Source: a virus. Taken from it: a stretch of DNA of 64,000 nucleotides. Numbering within the stretch: the stretch's first letter is position 1; every line of letters starts with the position of its first letter. The position numbers and the translations under genes were made by a program. The notes under the pieces were generated by a model. It did not search any database. It saw nothing but the letters and a program-made list of their open reading frames with translations, and was not told the origin of the DNA. Shown in pieces: positions 1-10,847 of this stretch. Where the stretch lies: the IMG/VR virus record IMGVR_UViG_3300035670_000132, positions 14,513-78,512 of that record. One strand, given 5' to 3'.

Positions 1-1021
1 TTCTCAGAAAACTATCGTCGATTCTGCTCAAGAAGTTTCTGATGAAATCAAATCATTGACATATCGTGTCACTATGCAGACACAAAACAAGTATGTGACA
101 CCAGTTATTGATCTTGAGCGAGTTCAGACGATTGTATATAATAATGCAATCAACTATGACACATTTATCTCTCTTGATGGATTAGTTTCTTACTCATCAG
201 GAGCAAACACAGTAACTGGCATTGGAACAAGTTTTACTCTTGATCTAGATACTGGCGAATATGTCAAGTTCGGAGATCAGTATCGTCAGATTCTATCAAT
301 ATCAAGCAATACTTCGTTGACTGTCGCGACTGATTTCTCTGTCAGTGCGTCAAATGTTGCATACACATCTTCAAACGAAGAGAATCCAGACGGACCTTAT
401 GCGTCTTTGTCAAGATATATCACTCGCAGAGTCGAACTAGCTGACGGATTCGAAGCTAATGATCTAGTAGTTTACTTGGATGTCAATCGCCCAGTCGGAA
501 CTGACGTCAAAGTCTATTACAAGATTTTGAATGACTCTGATAGCGACTCATTTGATACTAAGTTCTATCAAGAAATGAGCCTTGAAGGTCAGCGCTTATT
601 CAACGATGATCAGTCTAAGTATGTTGCAGAGAAATATGTTGTTCCTAACAGCATCAAGTCTGGTGGATCAAATCTACTATCTGGAACAGTAGATATAAGC
701 ACTTCATCAACTACTGTGACTGGAACATCAACACGATTCTTAGAACAACTTAGAATTGGAGACACAATTCGTGTAGATTCAGATTATCGTGTCGTTACTG
801 CAATCGCAAATAATACTTCATTGACTGTTGATAGTAATTTCAGCGTAACTGCATTAGACAAAGAAATGTATAAGATGCTTTATAACGCAATTGTTTATAC
901 TACTCCAGATAATCGCACATATTCGGGATATAAATACTTTGCGATAAAGATCGTGTTCTTGTCTAACAATGTCGCTGTAGCGCCGAGAGTGAAAAAATTG
1001 AAAGCATTAGCATTGACATAA
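1..1021 (+). CDS. C-terminal part of a large virion structural/baseplate protein (5'-truncated; DUF4815-like position)
   Basis: Frame is open from position 2. C-terminus (SRYITRRVEL...DLVVYLDVNRP...VKVYYK...FAIKIVF...PRVKKLKALAL) resembles large T4-like cyanophage virion proteins. Contains two copies of a small VTG..T.F...L..G domain. Confidence 0.65.
   Translation, partial: SQKTIVDSAQEVSDEIKSLTYRVTMQTQNKYVTPVIDLERVQTIVYNNAINYDTFISLDGLVSYSSGANTVTGIGTSFTLDLDTGEYVKFGDQYRQILSISSNTSLTVATDFSVSASNVAYTSSNEENPDGPYASLSRYITRRVELADGFEANDLVVYLDVNRPVGTDVKVYYKILNDSDSDSFDTKFYQEMSLEGQRLFNDDQSKYVAEKYVVPNSIKSGGSNLLSGTVDISTSSTTVTGTSTRFLEQLRIGDTIRVDSDYRVVTAIANNTSLTVDSNFSVTALDKEMYKMLYNAIVYTTPDNRTYSGYKYFAIKIVFLSNNVAVAPRVKKLKALALT
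929..936 (+). promoter_or_regulatory. T4-type late promoter TATAAATA (gene-internal, upstream of fibre genes)
   Basis: Exact gp55 consensus ~90 nt upstream of the next ORF. Confidence 0.45.
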
Positions 1022-1025
1022 TACC

Positions 1026-1265
1026 ATGCAATCAAGCGTAAAACTGAAAGAAACAAAGAACGGTTTATCTGAAAGAGATTTACACTCAAAAGCGATACTG
1101 AACACGGATAACTCATTACTACTCAAGTATAAAATTCAGAAAAGTAGACAGATGAACGTTCAGAACAATTCGACTGAAATTGAGAGATTGAAATCAGAAT
1201 TTCAATCTCTCAAGAGTGAAATCTCAGAAATCAAACAAATTCTTCTTCAAATAGCAAGCAGGTAA
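1026..1265 (+). CDS. Small coiled-coil hypothetical protein
   Basis: 79 aa; RDLHSKAILNTD motif plus heptad C-terminus, typical of the ORF following the large virion protein in T4-like phages. Confidence 0.7.
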   Translation: MQSSVKLKETKNGLSERDLHSKAILNTDNSLLLKYKIQKSRQMNVQNNSTEIERLKSEFQSLKSEISEIKQILLQIASR

Positions 1266-1271
1266 TAAGAT

Positions 1272-4200
1272 ATGCCAATAATCAATGTTGAGTTAGCTAA
1301 CACATTCAATGAATTCAGAAACACGACTAACGAAGTTATCGCTAGAGTAAATGAATTTGAGAGTGGTATTGCTACGGCAAATATCAATCTTGTCAATGCA
1401 AATACAATAGTAACTAATTCTGAGGTTCAGTCTAACGTATTCACGACAAGTGCAAATACTCACAGCTTGACACTTAGCACAAACAGTGGCGCAAATACTG
1501 GTTATATTTTGATTGAGCCAAACGACAATGGAAACGTTGTCATCGTCGCTAACGGAACTGGCACACTTTTTCTTGACACATCAACAGTGGTTGCTGGTAA
1601 TAGTTTTATTGACACAACTATTACGTCCAACGGCGCACAAGATTTGATTCTCAGCACAAACACTGGAACAAACTCTGGATTCATTCGCATCTACGATGGC
1701 GCAAATGGAAACGTTGTAGTAGAAACTAACGGCACTGGTGATGTTCAACTTAACGCAGATACTCTTCGTGTTGGTGATCTAAACTCAGATTCTACTATCA
1801 CAACTAGAGGAACTGGCGACATCATCATCAATACGAACGAGGGCACAAACACGGGCTTTATTCGCATTTACGATGGCGCTGATGGTCACATCGTTGTAGA
1901 GCCAAACGGCGCTGGCGATGTTCAACTCAACACAGACACTGTTCGTATTGGATCTAGCAACGAAGACGTTGTTGTCACGACAAATGGAACTGGCGACATC
2001 ACAATTAGCACTAACTCTGGCACTAACTCTGGCACAATAAAAATATTCGACGGCGCTAGTGGAAACGTTGACGTAACACCAAGTGGCACAGGTAGAACTA
2101 ATGTAAAGAATGTCACTACTGGAAATCAAATTATTTCTACTGTAGCGACTGGTACTGCACCACTATCAGTAGCGTCTACAACTGCTGTAACTAATCTAAA
2201 TGCAGACAAGGTTGACGGCATAGATGTTGCAACACCATCAGCCGCGGGCGGTATTGTCTATGCGTCAACAACTTCAGAGCTTTCAACTTCTGCTGCCGGC
2301 ACTGCTGGTCAAGCAGTCATTTCTGGCGGAACTGGTGCGCCAACATTCCAATCAGTTTCAACGTCGAACGGAGCGTCAACGATTGTAGCCCGTGACGCTA
2401 ACGGTGACTTTGCATCACGTAACGTTACTGTATCAAATATTATTGGTAATGGTTCTCAACTAACAAACTTGAATGGATCCAACGTAGCTACTGGAACTGT
2501 TCCTAACGCAAGAACAACTGGCTCATCAGCTAACGGAGCATCAACTCTAGTTCTTCGCGACGCAACTGGATCATTTGCTGCAAACGTTGTCACAGCGACT
2601 ACTATTGCAGCAAGCGGATTTGCTGGAGACGGTTCTGGTCTAAACAGCCTAAACGCATCAAATATTGCAACGGGAACAATAGAAAACGCAAGAACAACTG
2701 CTTCATCATCTAACGGAGCATCAACTCTAGTTCTTCGCGATGCAACTGGATCATTCGCAGCAAACGTTGTCAGTGCAGTAAACGTAGCTACTACAGAATT
2801 TTCTACTACTAATGCTAGCGCGACAAATCTAACTGCAACTAATATTTCTGGCAGTGGCGCAGGCATAACTAGCTTGAATGGTTCTAATATAGCATCAGGA
2901 ACAGTGCCTAATGCTAGAACAACAGGAACAGCAGCTAACAGCCCAAACACTCTAGTTCTAAGAGATTCTGCTGGATCTTTCAACGCAAACGTTGGAGCAT
3001 TCAATACAGTCACTGGTGTCGGCTCTGGTCTAACGTCACTGAATGCTTCAAGCATAACTTTGGGCACAATATCTAACGATAAAACTACAGCCAACACTCA
3101 GAATAGTTCTAGTACAATAGTTCTTCGTGATGCTAATGGATCATTTTCTGCAAATGTCATAACATCACAATACATTTCTGCTAACGGAGCATTACTGAGT
3201 TCTCTAAATGCGTCTAGTATTAGTTTTGGCACGATACCAAATAGTGTAACAACGGCTAACACATCAAACAGTGCGAGTACAATTGTTCTTCGCGATACTA
3301 ACGGCGACTTTAGTTCACGAAGAATTACATCAACTATTGCATCGGGAACATCTCCATTCGTAGTAACTTCTACAACTGTTGTTTCAAACTTGAACGCAGA
3401 CAAGGTTGACGGAAAAGATGTAGGCACACTCTCTGCTGCTGGTGGTATTGTTTACGCATCATCTACTACAGCACTAGCTGGAACTGCTGCTGGCACTGCT
3501 GGACAAGCTGTTATCTCTGGTGGAGCAAGTGCGCCAACATTTCAGACAGTCGCTTCTGCAAACGGAGCTTCAACAATTGTAGCTCGTGATGCAGATGGAT
3601 CATTCAGTGCTAATGTCGGCAATTTCAATGTTCTAACTATTTCAACTGGCATTGGTGGAGATGGATCAGCATTATCAAATTTGAATGCTGCTAACATTAC
3701 AATAGGAACAATCGAAAATACAAGAACGACTGGGTCTTCATCTAACGGAGCTAACACTCTAGTTCTTCGCGATGCTAACGGCGATTTTAGCGCACGTAGA
3801 ATTACATCAACGATTGCATCGGGAACATCTCCATTTGTCGTCACATCAACTACTGCTGTCACTAATTTGAACGCAGACTTACTTGATGGTCAACACGGTT
3901 CTTACTATCTAGACTGGACAAACACAACAAACAAACCAGATCCTGTCGTTACTGTAACTTTGACTGGAGATGTTGCTGGAAGTGCAAACACTACACTAAC
4001 CGATCTTGCGAGTGGTACAATTTCTATTGCGACGACAATTCAAGCGAATTCTGTGGCTTTGGGAACAGACACAACTGGAAATTACGTTGCAACAATTGCA
4101 GCAGCAACGCCAGGATCACAATCTGGAACTTCTGGTCTAACAATATCAGCAACTGCCGGTGAAGGCACAGCAGCAACTATTGCTCACGCAGACACATCAA

Positions 4201-5936
4201 CTCAAGCGTCAGTAAACAACTCTAATGGAAATGTAATTCAAGACATCACACTTGATGGATTTGGTCACATTACTGCACTGGCTTCTGTTGACTTAGATGC
4301 AAGATATCTTTCATTCAAGACGTTAGAGGTCACAGACACAAATTCTGGCTATGCTTGGTCAAGCACAGGAAACGTTGTTGCTGATCTATATGATGACAGA
4401 CTTGTATTTGTTGATGGCGATGGCGTTGATATCTCAGCAGACGCGACTAATGATGCTATATTGATTCAGCACACAGATACATCAACGTTGAATGGTGCAC
4501 AAGGCGGAAATGGTATTGCATCTATCACTGTTGACGGATTTGGTCACGTAACTGCCGTAGGAACAGCAACTTACTTGACTTCACAGTCTAGTGACTTTGG
4601 CAACGTCAAGATCGACAATACAGACACAGAATACACTTGGGTAACAACTGACGGAACTACAGTAGCAGCAGATACAACGGCTGACACGTTGACACTTGTA
4701 GCACGACAAACGGCTAGCGTTTCTGGTATTGTTCTTCACGCGAACACGGGTCTAGACGCAATCGCAATCTCACACGGAGACACTTCTACTCTCACTGGCG
4801 CACAAGGCAGTGCTGGAATAGCATCTATCACCGTTGATGGAATGGGTCACGTAACAGCAGTTTCAACTGCAACTTACTTGACTTCACAGTCAACAGATTT
4901 CAAGACAATCACTGTCTCGGACACAAACTCAGGCTACACTTGGACAACTACTGGAAGCGCAGTCGCAGAAGCTGTCGGAGACACTCTAACTATCGTTGAC
5001 GGCGACGGTGTTGACATTTCTGTTGATGCAACTAATGACGCAATTCTGATTCAGCATACAGACACATCAACTCAAGCGTCAGTAAACAACTCCAACGGAA
5101 CTGTAATTCAAGACATCACGCTTGATGGATTTGGTCACATTACTGCACTGGCTTCTGTTGATTTAGACGCAAGATATCTCGCATTCAGAACAATTGAAGT
5201 CACAGACACCAACTCAGGCTACACTTGGTCAACCACTGGAAGTGCAGTCGCTGATGCATATAATGATACACTAAAGATAGTTGATGGCGACGGTGTTGAT
5301 ATCTCAGCAGACGCAACTAATGATTCAATTCTGATTCAGCACACTGACACATCGACACTAAACGGAGCGCAAGGCGGAAATGGTATTGCATCTATCACTG
5401 TTGACGGTTTTGGCCATGTAACAGCAGTTTCAACTGCAACTTATTTGACTGCTGAAGCAGACACACTACAGACTGTCACTAATAGAGGCGCAACGACAAC
5501 TGTTGCAGTTTCAATCACAAATACAACTGCATCAACTTCAACAACAACTGGTGCGCTAAAAGTTTCTGGTGGTGTTGGTATTGCTGGCGCACTAAACGCG
5601 ACAAGCAAATCATTCATTATTGATCACCCAACTAAGCCAGGAATGCTATTGCGTTACGGCTCTCTAGAAGGTCCAGAGCTAGGTGTCTACGTTCGCGGCA
5701 AGTCTAAAGAATCTGTGATCAAACTTCCTGACTACTGGACTGATCTAGTTCACGAAGACACAATCACTGTGAATCTAACTCCAATCGGATCGCATCAGCA
5801 ACTCTTCGTATCTAAAGTAGAAAACAACGAAGTTCATGTTGAGTCTTCTTCTAGAGAAATGAACTATTTTTACACAATCTTTGCTGAGCGTAAAGACGTT
5901 GACAAGCTAGTTGTAGAGTATGCTGACGAGGAGTGA
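1272..5936 (+). CDS. Long tail fibre protein, repeat-rich, with C-terminal chaperone-like domain
   Basis: 1554 aa, T/S/G/A/N-rich. N-terminal NTFNEFR..TN attachment motif; repeated LNADxxDG, STLVLRDAxGxF and ITVDGFGHVTA units; C-terminal KSFIIDHP...LEGPE...LPDYW domain. Confidence 0.85.
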   Translation: MPIINVELANTFNEFRNTTNEVIARVNEFESGIATANINLVNANTIVTNSEVQSNVFTTSANTHSLTLSTNSGANTGYILIEPNDNGNVVIVANGTGTLFLDTSTVVAGNSFIDTTITSNGAQDLILSTNTGTNSGFIRIYDGANGNVVVETNGTGDVQLNADTLRVGDLNSDSTITTRGTGDIIINTNEGTNTGFIRIYDGADGHIVVEPNGAGDVQLNTDTVRIGSSNEDVVVTTNGTGDITISTNSGTNSGTIKIFDGASGNVDVTPSGTGRTNVKNVTTGNQIISTVATGTAPLSVASTTAVTNLNADKVDGIDVATPSAAGGIVYASTTSELSTSAAGTAGQAVISGGTGAPTFQSVSTSNGASTIVARDANGDFASRNVTVSNIIGNGSQLTNLNGSNVATGTVPNARTTGSSANGASTLVLRDATGSFAANVVTATTIAASGFAGDGSGLNSLNASNIATGTIENARTTASSSNGASTLVLRDATGSFAANVVSAVNVATTEFSTTNASATNLTATNISGSGAGITSLNGSNIASGTVPNARTTGTAANSPNTLVLRDSAGSFNANVGAFNTVTGVGSGLTSLNASSITLGTISNDKTTANTQNSSSTIVLRDANGSFSANVITSQYISANGALLSSLNASSISFGTIPNSVTTANTSNSASTIVLRDTNGDFSSRRITSTIASGTSPFVVTSTTVVSNLNADKVDGKDVGTLSAAGGIVYASSTTALAGTAAGTAGQAVISGGASAPTFQTVASANGASTIVARDADGSFSANVGNFNVLTISTGIGGDGSALSNLNAANITIGTIENTRTTGSSSNGANTLVLRDANGDFSARRITSTIASGTSPFVVTSTTAVTNLNADLLDGQHGSYYLDWTNTTNKPDPVVTVTLTGDVAGSANTTLTDLASGTISIATTIQANSVALGTDTTGNYVATIAAATPGSQSGTSGLTISATAGEGTAATIAHADTSTQASVNNSNGNVIQDITLDGFGHITALASVDLDARYLSFKTLEVTDTNSGYAWSSTGNVVADLYDDRLVFVDGDGVDISADATNDAILIQHTDTSTLNGAQGGNGIASITVDGFGHVTAVGTATYLTSQSSDFGNVKIDNTDTEYTWVTTDGTTVAADTTADTLTLVARQTASVSGIVLHANTGLDAIAISHGDTSTLTGAQGSAGIASITVDGMGHVTAVSTATYLTSQSTDFKTITVSDTNSGYTWTTTGSAVAEAVGDTLTIVDGDGVDISVDATNDAILIQHTDTSTQASVNNSNGTVIQDITLDGFGHITALASVDLDARYLAFRTIEVTDTNSGYTWSTTGSAVADAYNDTLKIVDGDGVDISADATNDSILIQHTDTSTLNGAQGGNGIASITVDGFGHVTAVSTATYLTAEADTLQTVTNRGATTTVAVSITNTTASTSTTTGALKVSGGVGIAGALNATSKSFIIDHPTKPGMLLRYGSLEGPELGVYVRGKSKESVIKLPDYWTDLVHEDTITVNLTPIGSHQQLFVSKVENNEVHVESSSREMNYFYTIFAERKDVDKLVVEYADEE
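2505..2772 (+). repeat. Near-identical ~88-nt direct repeats (2505-2592 and 2685-2772) in the tail fibre
   Basis: aacgcaagaacaactg...taacggagcatcaactctagttcttcgcga.gcaactggatcatt.gc.gcaaacgttgtca occurs twice, 180 nt apart. Confidence 0.85.
4191..5450 (+). repeat. Internal duplication in the tail fibre (~4191-4580 vs ~5061-5450)
   Basis: gacacatcaactcaagcgtcagtaaacaactc...ggatttggtcacattactgcactggcttctgttga... repeated 870 nt apart with mostly synonymous differences. Confidence 0.85.
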
Positions 5937-5939
5937 TGC

Positions 5940-7313
5940 GTGGGCATTTATTATAATGCCCAGTCGATAACGTCTGGGCTTGTATCTTACGTAGACGCTG
6001 GTAACTACAAGTCCGTAAAGGGAAGACGAAATATTCTTAGCTGGGATAGCTGGACTGCTGGCTCTGGCAGCGCAACTGGCTACTCTCAGAACGGACTGAC
6101 TACTGAAAATACTAGACTAGCAGACACTGATCCTTGGGGTCAAACAAATATAGTTTGGGGATCTTATCCTTCAGGCGACGGAAATGCTGACGGTGGATGG
6201 AACACTTCTTGGTATAACATTGACCGAGAAAAACTCTACAGATTCAGCGTCTGGGTAAGAAGAACTAGCAGTACAACTGGCGGCACTTTTTATCTTGGCA
6301 TGTATGATAACGTTGGCTCTGTCGTCATGAGCACTGGCTCAGTCAATACAAACGCATATTGGGACTGTAGAAACATCTCCTGGATGACTCAGAATCAATG
6401 GTATCTTGTCGTTGGTCATGTATATCCTCACACAACAACTTACACGGGAAGACATCCAGACACAGGCGTATATACTGTTGATGGCGGAAGATTCGGCGAT
6501 ATTGGCGGATGCAATATCGGCAGTGGAGATATAAAATGGAATCCAGCCGCAACTCAAACTATACATAGAACTTATCACTACTATTGCGGCGACAGCACTA
6601 GCAGATTGCAATTCTATCAACCTAGAATTGATTTGTGTGACGGAACTGAACCAACAATAGATGATCTTCTAGACAATATTGGATCTAAAGCACTTGATAT
6701 TGTCAGATCAAATAAACATTATCAATTTTATAATGCGCCTAAAGTCAACGCTAGCGGATACTTTGAATTTGATGGCTCTACTACATACGTCAACAGCATA
6801 TACGAAGACACTGATCTAGACGGAGATCCCATATTCACTGTAGACATGTGGATCAAAAGAACTGCATCGTTCAGTAGCGCTGGTTATTGGGGACTTGCAG
6901 GAGACGTTGCTCTTCAAGGAATAAATGGATATACACATCCAACAACCGCAAATAAAATATCCATTGATCTTTGGGGAACTGCAACTTTCCACACGAACGT
7001 TGACTATCCACTAAATCAATGGGTGCACGTTGTCTGGAGAAAAAAGTCATCTAATTTCAACGTGAATTCAGTCTCAATCTTTATCAATGGCGTAGAGTAT
7101 ACCGGCGCAGGTCTTACTGTAGTCAGAGGAAGTGATCACACGCCAAACTTGACGACATCGACAAAGGGAATAACTTTAGGCAGATTATCTCCTTCTTCAA
7201 ACAGCTACTATGCTCCAGGTCATGTAGCTAATGCAAAGTTCTATGCTCGATCTTTGTCAGATGTTGAGATTTTGCAAAACTTCAGCGCACAACGCGGCAG
7301 ATTTGGAGTCTAA
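5940..7313 (+). CDS. LamG/concanavalin A-like lectin domain virion protein (paralog 1)
   Basis: GLVSYVDAGNYKS N-terminus; NQWVHVV; FYARSLSDVEILQNFSAQRGRFGV C-terminus; GTG start. Confidence 0.8.
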   Translation: MGIYYNAQSITSGLVSYVDAGNYKSVKGRRNILSWDSWTAGSGSATGYSQNGLTTENTRLADTDPWGQTNIVWGSYPSGDGNADGGWNTSWYNIDREKLYRFSVWVRRTSSTTGGTFYLGMYDNVGSVVMSTGSVNTNAYWDCRNISWMTQNQWYLVVGHVYPHTTTYTGRHPDTGVYTVDGGRFGDIGGCNIGSGDIKWNPAATQTIHRTYHYYCGDSTSRLQFYQPRIDLCDGTEPTIDDLLDNIGSKALDIVRSNKHYQFYNAPKVNASGYFEFDGSTTYVNSIYEDTDLDGDPIFTVDMWIKRTASFSSAGYWGLAGDVALQGINGYTHPTTANKISIDLWGTATFHTNVDYPLNQWVHVVWRKKSSNFNVNSVSIFINGVEYTGAGLTVVRGSDHTPNLTTSTKGITLGRLSPSSNSYYAPGHVANAKFYARSLSDVEILQNFSAQRGRFGV

Positions 7314-7319
7314 CGCATC

Positions 7320-8501
7320 ATGAGTGTTCTCCATTCGCCAAGTCTAGTATTGAACGATCTCGTGTTGTATTATGACAAATACAACATTGCGAATTCTTGG
7401 ATAGGCAGACCAACGACGAATTTGTTGTCGTCAACGCTAGCGACATTCTCATCAACCTCTGGATGGTTTACAGGAGACGTTCCTGGTCCAGTTTACAGAA
7501 GAATTTTAGTTGGTCAAGGATATCGTGGCAGAAACGCAGTAATGATCCAAAAAGGAACAGCAGCGTCTGGTGGATATTTTCAAGTTGAGACTACATTTCC
7601 TGAAGCTGTAGTTGGCGGAACGACATACACTGCACAGATAAAGTATAAAAGACAAGACTCAAGCACAGCATTTTTGATAGGCGATTGGGGTGGTCCTGAT
7701 GGAAATAATGCCAATTGGACAACGATATACGATGGTCAACTTGACACAGAATGGAGACTTCGCGTTGTTCAAAGACTATACACAAACTCAGCGAGTGCTG
7801 GATTCACGTTTGGTGTAAACAGCACAACTGCTGGAAAATGGTTGATTTTCTCAGACTTTCAATTAGAAAATAGCACAGTCTCTTCTGCATTCACAGTCGG
7901 CACAAGAAGCAATACTCAATCAATTTTAGATTTGACACAAAACAATTTGATCACTTCTAATGCATTGACTTACGCTACGCCGAATACGTTCAGTTTTAGT
8001 GGATCAAGTTATCTAAGTGTTCCATTCAACGCGACAAAATTCAATTTCAATAGTGAACAGACAATCATTATTTGGATGAAAAACGAAGCGTCTGTTGCTG
8101 CTAGAAGAAATCCATACAATCAAGCGTATGGTGGCGGTGGAACTATAACTCACGAGAGCAATACCAACTTGAACTATTATTATGGAACAAATGGTGGAAA
8201 TAGCACACCATATACAAGTCATGGATCTCCGTTCAGCGTAGTGGATGGCGAAACTGCTATGGTTGCAATAACTAGAGATCCAGCGAACACAAAGTGGTAT
8301 AAGAACGGCGTTCTTTCTGGAACTCGTGCAAATCCTTACGGCGCATCTGTAGTTACTGGAACTAGTCCAATTCTAATAGGCACTGGATATACTACAGGAT
8401 TTATAGGTAACTTAGATTCAGTCATGGTGTATACTCGCGCACTCAGTGAATATGAGATTCTTCAAACTTTTGCTGCAACAAGAAACAGATACGGGCTATA
8501 A
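7320..8501 (+). CDS. LamG/ConA-like lectin domain virion protein (paralog 2)
   Basis: LVLYYDKYN..SW.GRPTTN; VYTRALSEYEILQTFAATRNRYGL. Confidence 0.8.
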   Translation: MSVLHSPSLVLNDLVLYYDKYNIANSWIGRPTTNLLSSTLATFSSTSGWFTGDVPGPVYRRILVGQGYRGRNAVMIQKGTAASGGYFQVETTFPEAVVGGTTYTAQIKYKRQDSSTAFLIGDWGGPDGNNANWTTIYDGQLDTEWRLRVVQRLYTNSASAGFTFGVNSTTAGKWLIFSDFQLENSTVSSAFTVGTRSNTQSILDLTQNNLITSNALTYATPNTFSFSGSSYLSVPFNATKFNFNSEQTIIIWMKNEASVAARRNPYNQAYGGGGTITHESNTNLNYYYGTNGGNSTPYTSHGSPFSVVDGETAMVAITRDPANTKWYKNGVLSGTRANPYGASVVTGTSPILIGTGYTTGFIGNLDSVMVYTRALSEYEILQTFAATRNRYGL

Positions 8502-8503
8502 CC

Positions 8504-9655
8504 ATGGCAGTAAACTTCAATCCAGCAATAGTCACTAATGGTCTAACGTTTGCATTTGATATGGGTAACACCAAGAAGTCTTGGTTCGGCGCGCCTACAA
8601 CAAATCTAGCTAAAAACAGTGACGAATCAATTGACTGGAGCATAGGAAATCTAATTGCATCAGTCTCTCGCAGCACAGTAACTGCTAATGAAGTATACAG
8701 AATAACATCTACAACTGCTGGCGCATTTAGATTTTATTTCAACTTAGCTAAGTTAGTCAACGGGCAAACTTACATGTTGTCTTTCAAGTATAGATTCATT
8801 TCTCAAAATGCATCTCAGAGTTTTTACTTGACTGACTGGAACGACACATCAATCATCACGACAACTACTGACTTGGGAGACGGCGTATTCTATCACACCG
8901 GCGTAGGTTCTCGCGCAACATATGACAGCACATATAGATTCATGGATGGCTACATTTCAGCTAGCACAATCGTAGAAATATGGGACTTTCAGTTAGAGCA
9001 ATCTTCAATTGCAACTCCATACACTAAGTATCAGAGAACAAATACTCAGTCTATTGTTGATATGACTAGTAGCACAACAGTGACAGTTTCTGATTTGCTG
9101 TATCTGTCAGACAATACATTTGAGTTTGACGGTAATGCAAGATTGTATGGAACATTATCTAATTCTGCTGCTGAACTTGAATACTCTAGGTTAATTTGGA
9201 TAACTCCAACAGTATCAAGCGGAGATATGAAAAGTGCATTTTTGAACAGTATAGGAAATAATAGCGATAAAGCGGTCGGAATAGAAAATGGATACGCTGC
9301 GTTTCATCAATATACAAATTCGAACGGTGCTGGAACTACTGGCGATTATTCTGTTAGAGGTGCCACACCAATTTCTTTATATAATACTTACATGATATGC
9401 GCAACTGTAGATAGAAACGTAAGCGTAAATAATATCAAAGTGTATTTGAATGGTAATTTAGACGCAACCGCATCAAGATCGATTGGAGTATCAAATAGTG
9501 ACAGTATAATAATTGGAGGTCCAGCGTCAGACTCTTATTCTGGATCTAGAATGTTCTACGGATCTATATACTGCGGATTTCACTACAATAGAGTATTATC
9601 AGATTTGGAAGTAATGCAAAATTTCAGTGCCCTTAGAGCACGATTTGGAGTCTAA
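8504..9655 (+). CDS. LamG/ConA-like lectin domain virion protein (paralog 3)
   Basis: NPAIVTNGLTFAFDMGNTKKSW; YLNG; YNRVLSDLEVMQNFSALRARFGV. Confidence 0.8.
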   Translation: MAVNFNPAIVTNGLTFAFDMGNTKKSWFGAPTTNLAKNSDESIDWSIGNLIASVSRSTVTANEVYRITSTTAGAFRFYFNLAKLVNGQTYMLSFKYRFISQNASQSFYLTDWNDTSIITTTTDLGDGVFYHTGVGSRATYDSTYRFMDGYISASTIVEIWDFQLEQSSIATPYTKYQRTNTQSIVDMTSSTTVTVSDLLYLSDNTFEFDGNARLYGTLSNSAAELEYSRLIWITPTVSSGDMKSAFLNSIGNNSDKAVGIENGYAAFHQYTNSNGAGTTGDYSVRGATPISLYNTYMICATVDRNVSVNNIKVYLNGNLDATASRSIGVSNSDSIIIGGPASDSYSGSRMFYGSIYCGFHYNRVLSDLEVMQNFSALRARFGV

Positions 9656-9659
9656 TCAT

Positions 9660-10847
9660 ATGTCAATAAATCATTCTCCTAAAATAGTAACTGATGAATT
9701 GCTGTTTTATTACGATCAAGAAAATACTCGCAGGTCGTGGTACGGAAAGCCAACTGAGAATCTGCTATCGCTAGCTGGATCAGATCCATCAATTGAGAGG
9801 AGTGGAACTTCTTATCCTTATTACAGTGTCAATATAGATTCGTTCGTCAAAGCTCGTTGGTCTCCAACTAACAATAAACTATCAATGTCATTTGAAGGAA
9901 AGCGTGATTATGTTCAAGGAGGAACTGGCGGTGGTGGTGATGGATATCCAAGCATGTATATCTACTTCAGCGATTGGACCTGGTCTAGTTCATTTGGCAC
10001 ATCAAACTATGAATGGACACAAGCAACACAAAATAACATAACTATGCCAGATCCAACTGGCAAAACTGTATATTTTGCAATATATCACATGAACTCTGGA
10101 AATCCAGGAAGAAGTTATAGCAGAAATCATCAAGTTGAATTTGGAGAGTTTGCAACTCCATTCATCAACGGAACTAGAACTTCAACAAACGCACTGCTAG
10201 ATTTGACTGCACAGAATACGATCACAATGACGCAACTGACTTACACTTCAGATGGTAAGTTTTCTTTCGGTGGTCAAGGCGAAAATGACGGCAGCCCAAC
10301 TGGAGATTATATCACAATCCCAACTGCATTGACTAGCACTAGCCCATCAGTCAAGTCAAATGGATGCACGTACTCATGGTGGAGCAAAATAACAGCAGCG
10401 CAGCCTTTTGGTCAGTGTATTCTCTTCGGCTCTGGCACTATTGCTCACGTTGAATTCAAGAATGAAGGCACTACAAGTCCATACTTCAGAACAGAAGCAG
10501 CGGTAGAGAATGGAAAGAGTTTTGGATCAGGCACAATCCCAGGCGGATCTCTTGTCGGCAGATGGGCTAACTTCACGATTGTGTTCGCGAACAATGAAGC
10601 TGGTCGACCAGTTCGCTGGTACCACAACGGCGAACTCTTTCACACAGGATCAATGACTGGAGGAACATCACCAGACACTGAGTATTTCTACTTCAGCAAT
10701 ATTGGTAGATCGACAGGAACAGCAGAATTTTTATACTCAAACAGTTTTTATGGAGAGATTCCAGTATTTCAAATATATAATAGATCACTAACCGAACAAG
10801 AAGTGCTTCAGAACTTCAATGCACTGAGAGGAAGATTCTCACTATGA
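9660..10847 (+). CDS. LamG/ConA-like lectin domain virion protein (paralog 4)
   Basis: Start moved to ATG 9660 (MSINHSPKIVTDEL) by alignment with paralogs; YNRSLTEQEVLQNFNALRGRFSL. Confidence 0.8.
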   Translation: MSINHSPKIVTDELLFYYDQENTRRSWYGKPTENLLSLAGSDPSIERSGTSYPYYSVNIDSFVKARWSPTNNKLSMSFEGKRDYVQGGTGGGGDGYPSMYIYFSDWTWSSSFGTSNYEWTQATQNNITMPDPTGKTVYFAIYHMNSGNPGRSYSRNHQVEFGEFATPFINGTRTSTNALLDLTAQNTITMTQLTYTSDGKFSFGGQGENDGSPTGDYITIPTALTSTSPSVKSNGCTYSWWSKITAAQPFGQCILFGSGTIAHVEFKNEGTTSPYFRTEAAVENGKSFGSGTIPGGSLVGRWANFTIVFANNEAGRPVRWYHNGELFHTGSMTGGTSPDTEYFYFSNIGRSTGTAEFLYSNSFYGEIPVFQIYNRSLTEQEVLQNFNALRGRFSL

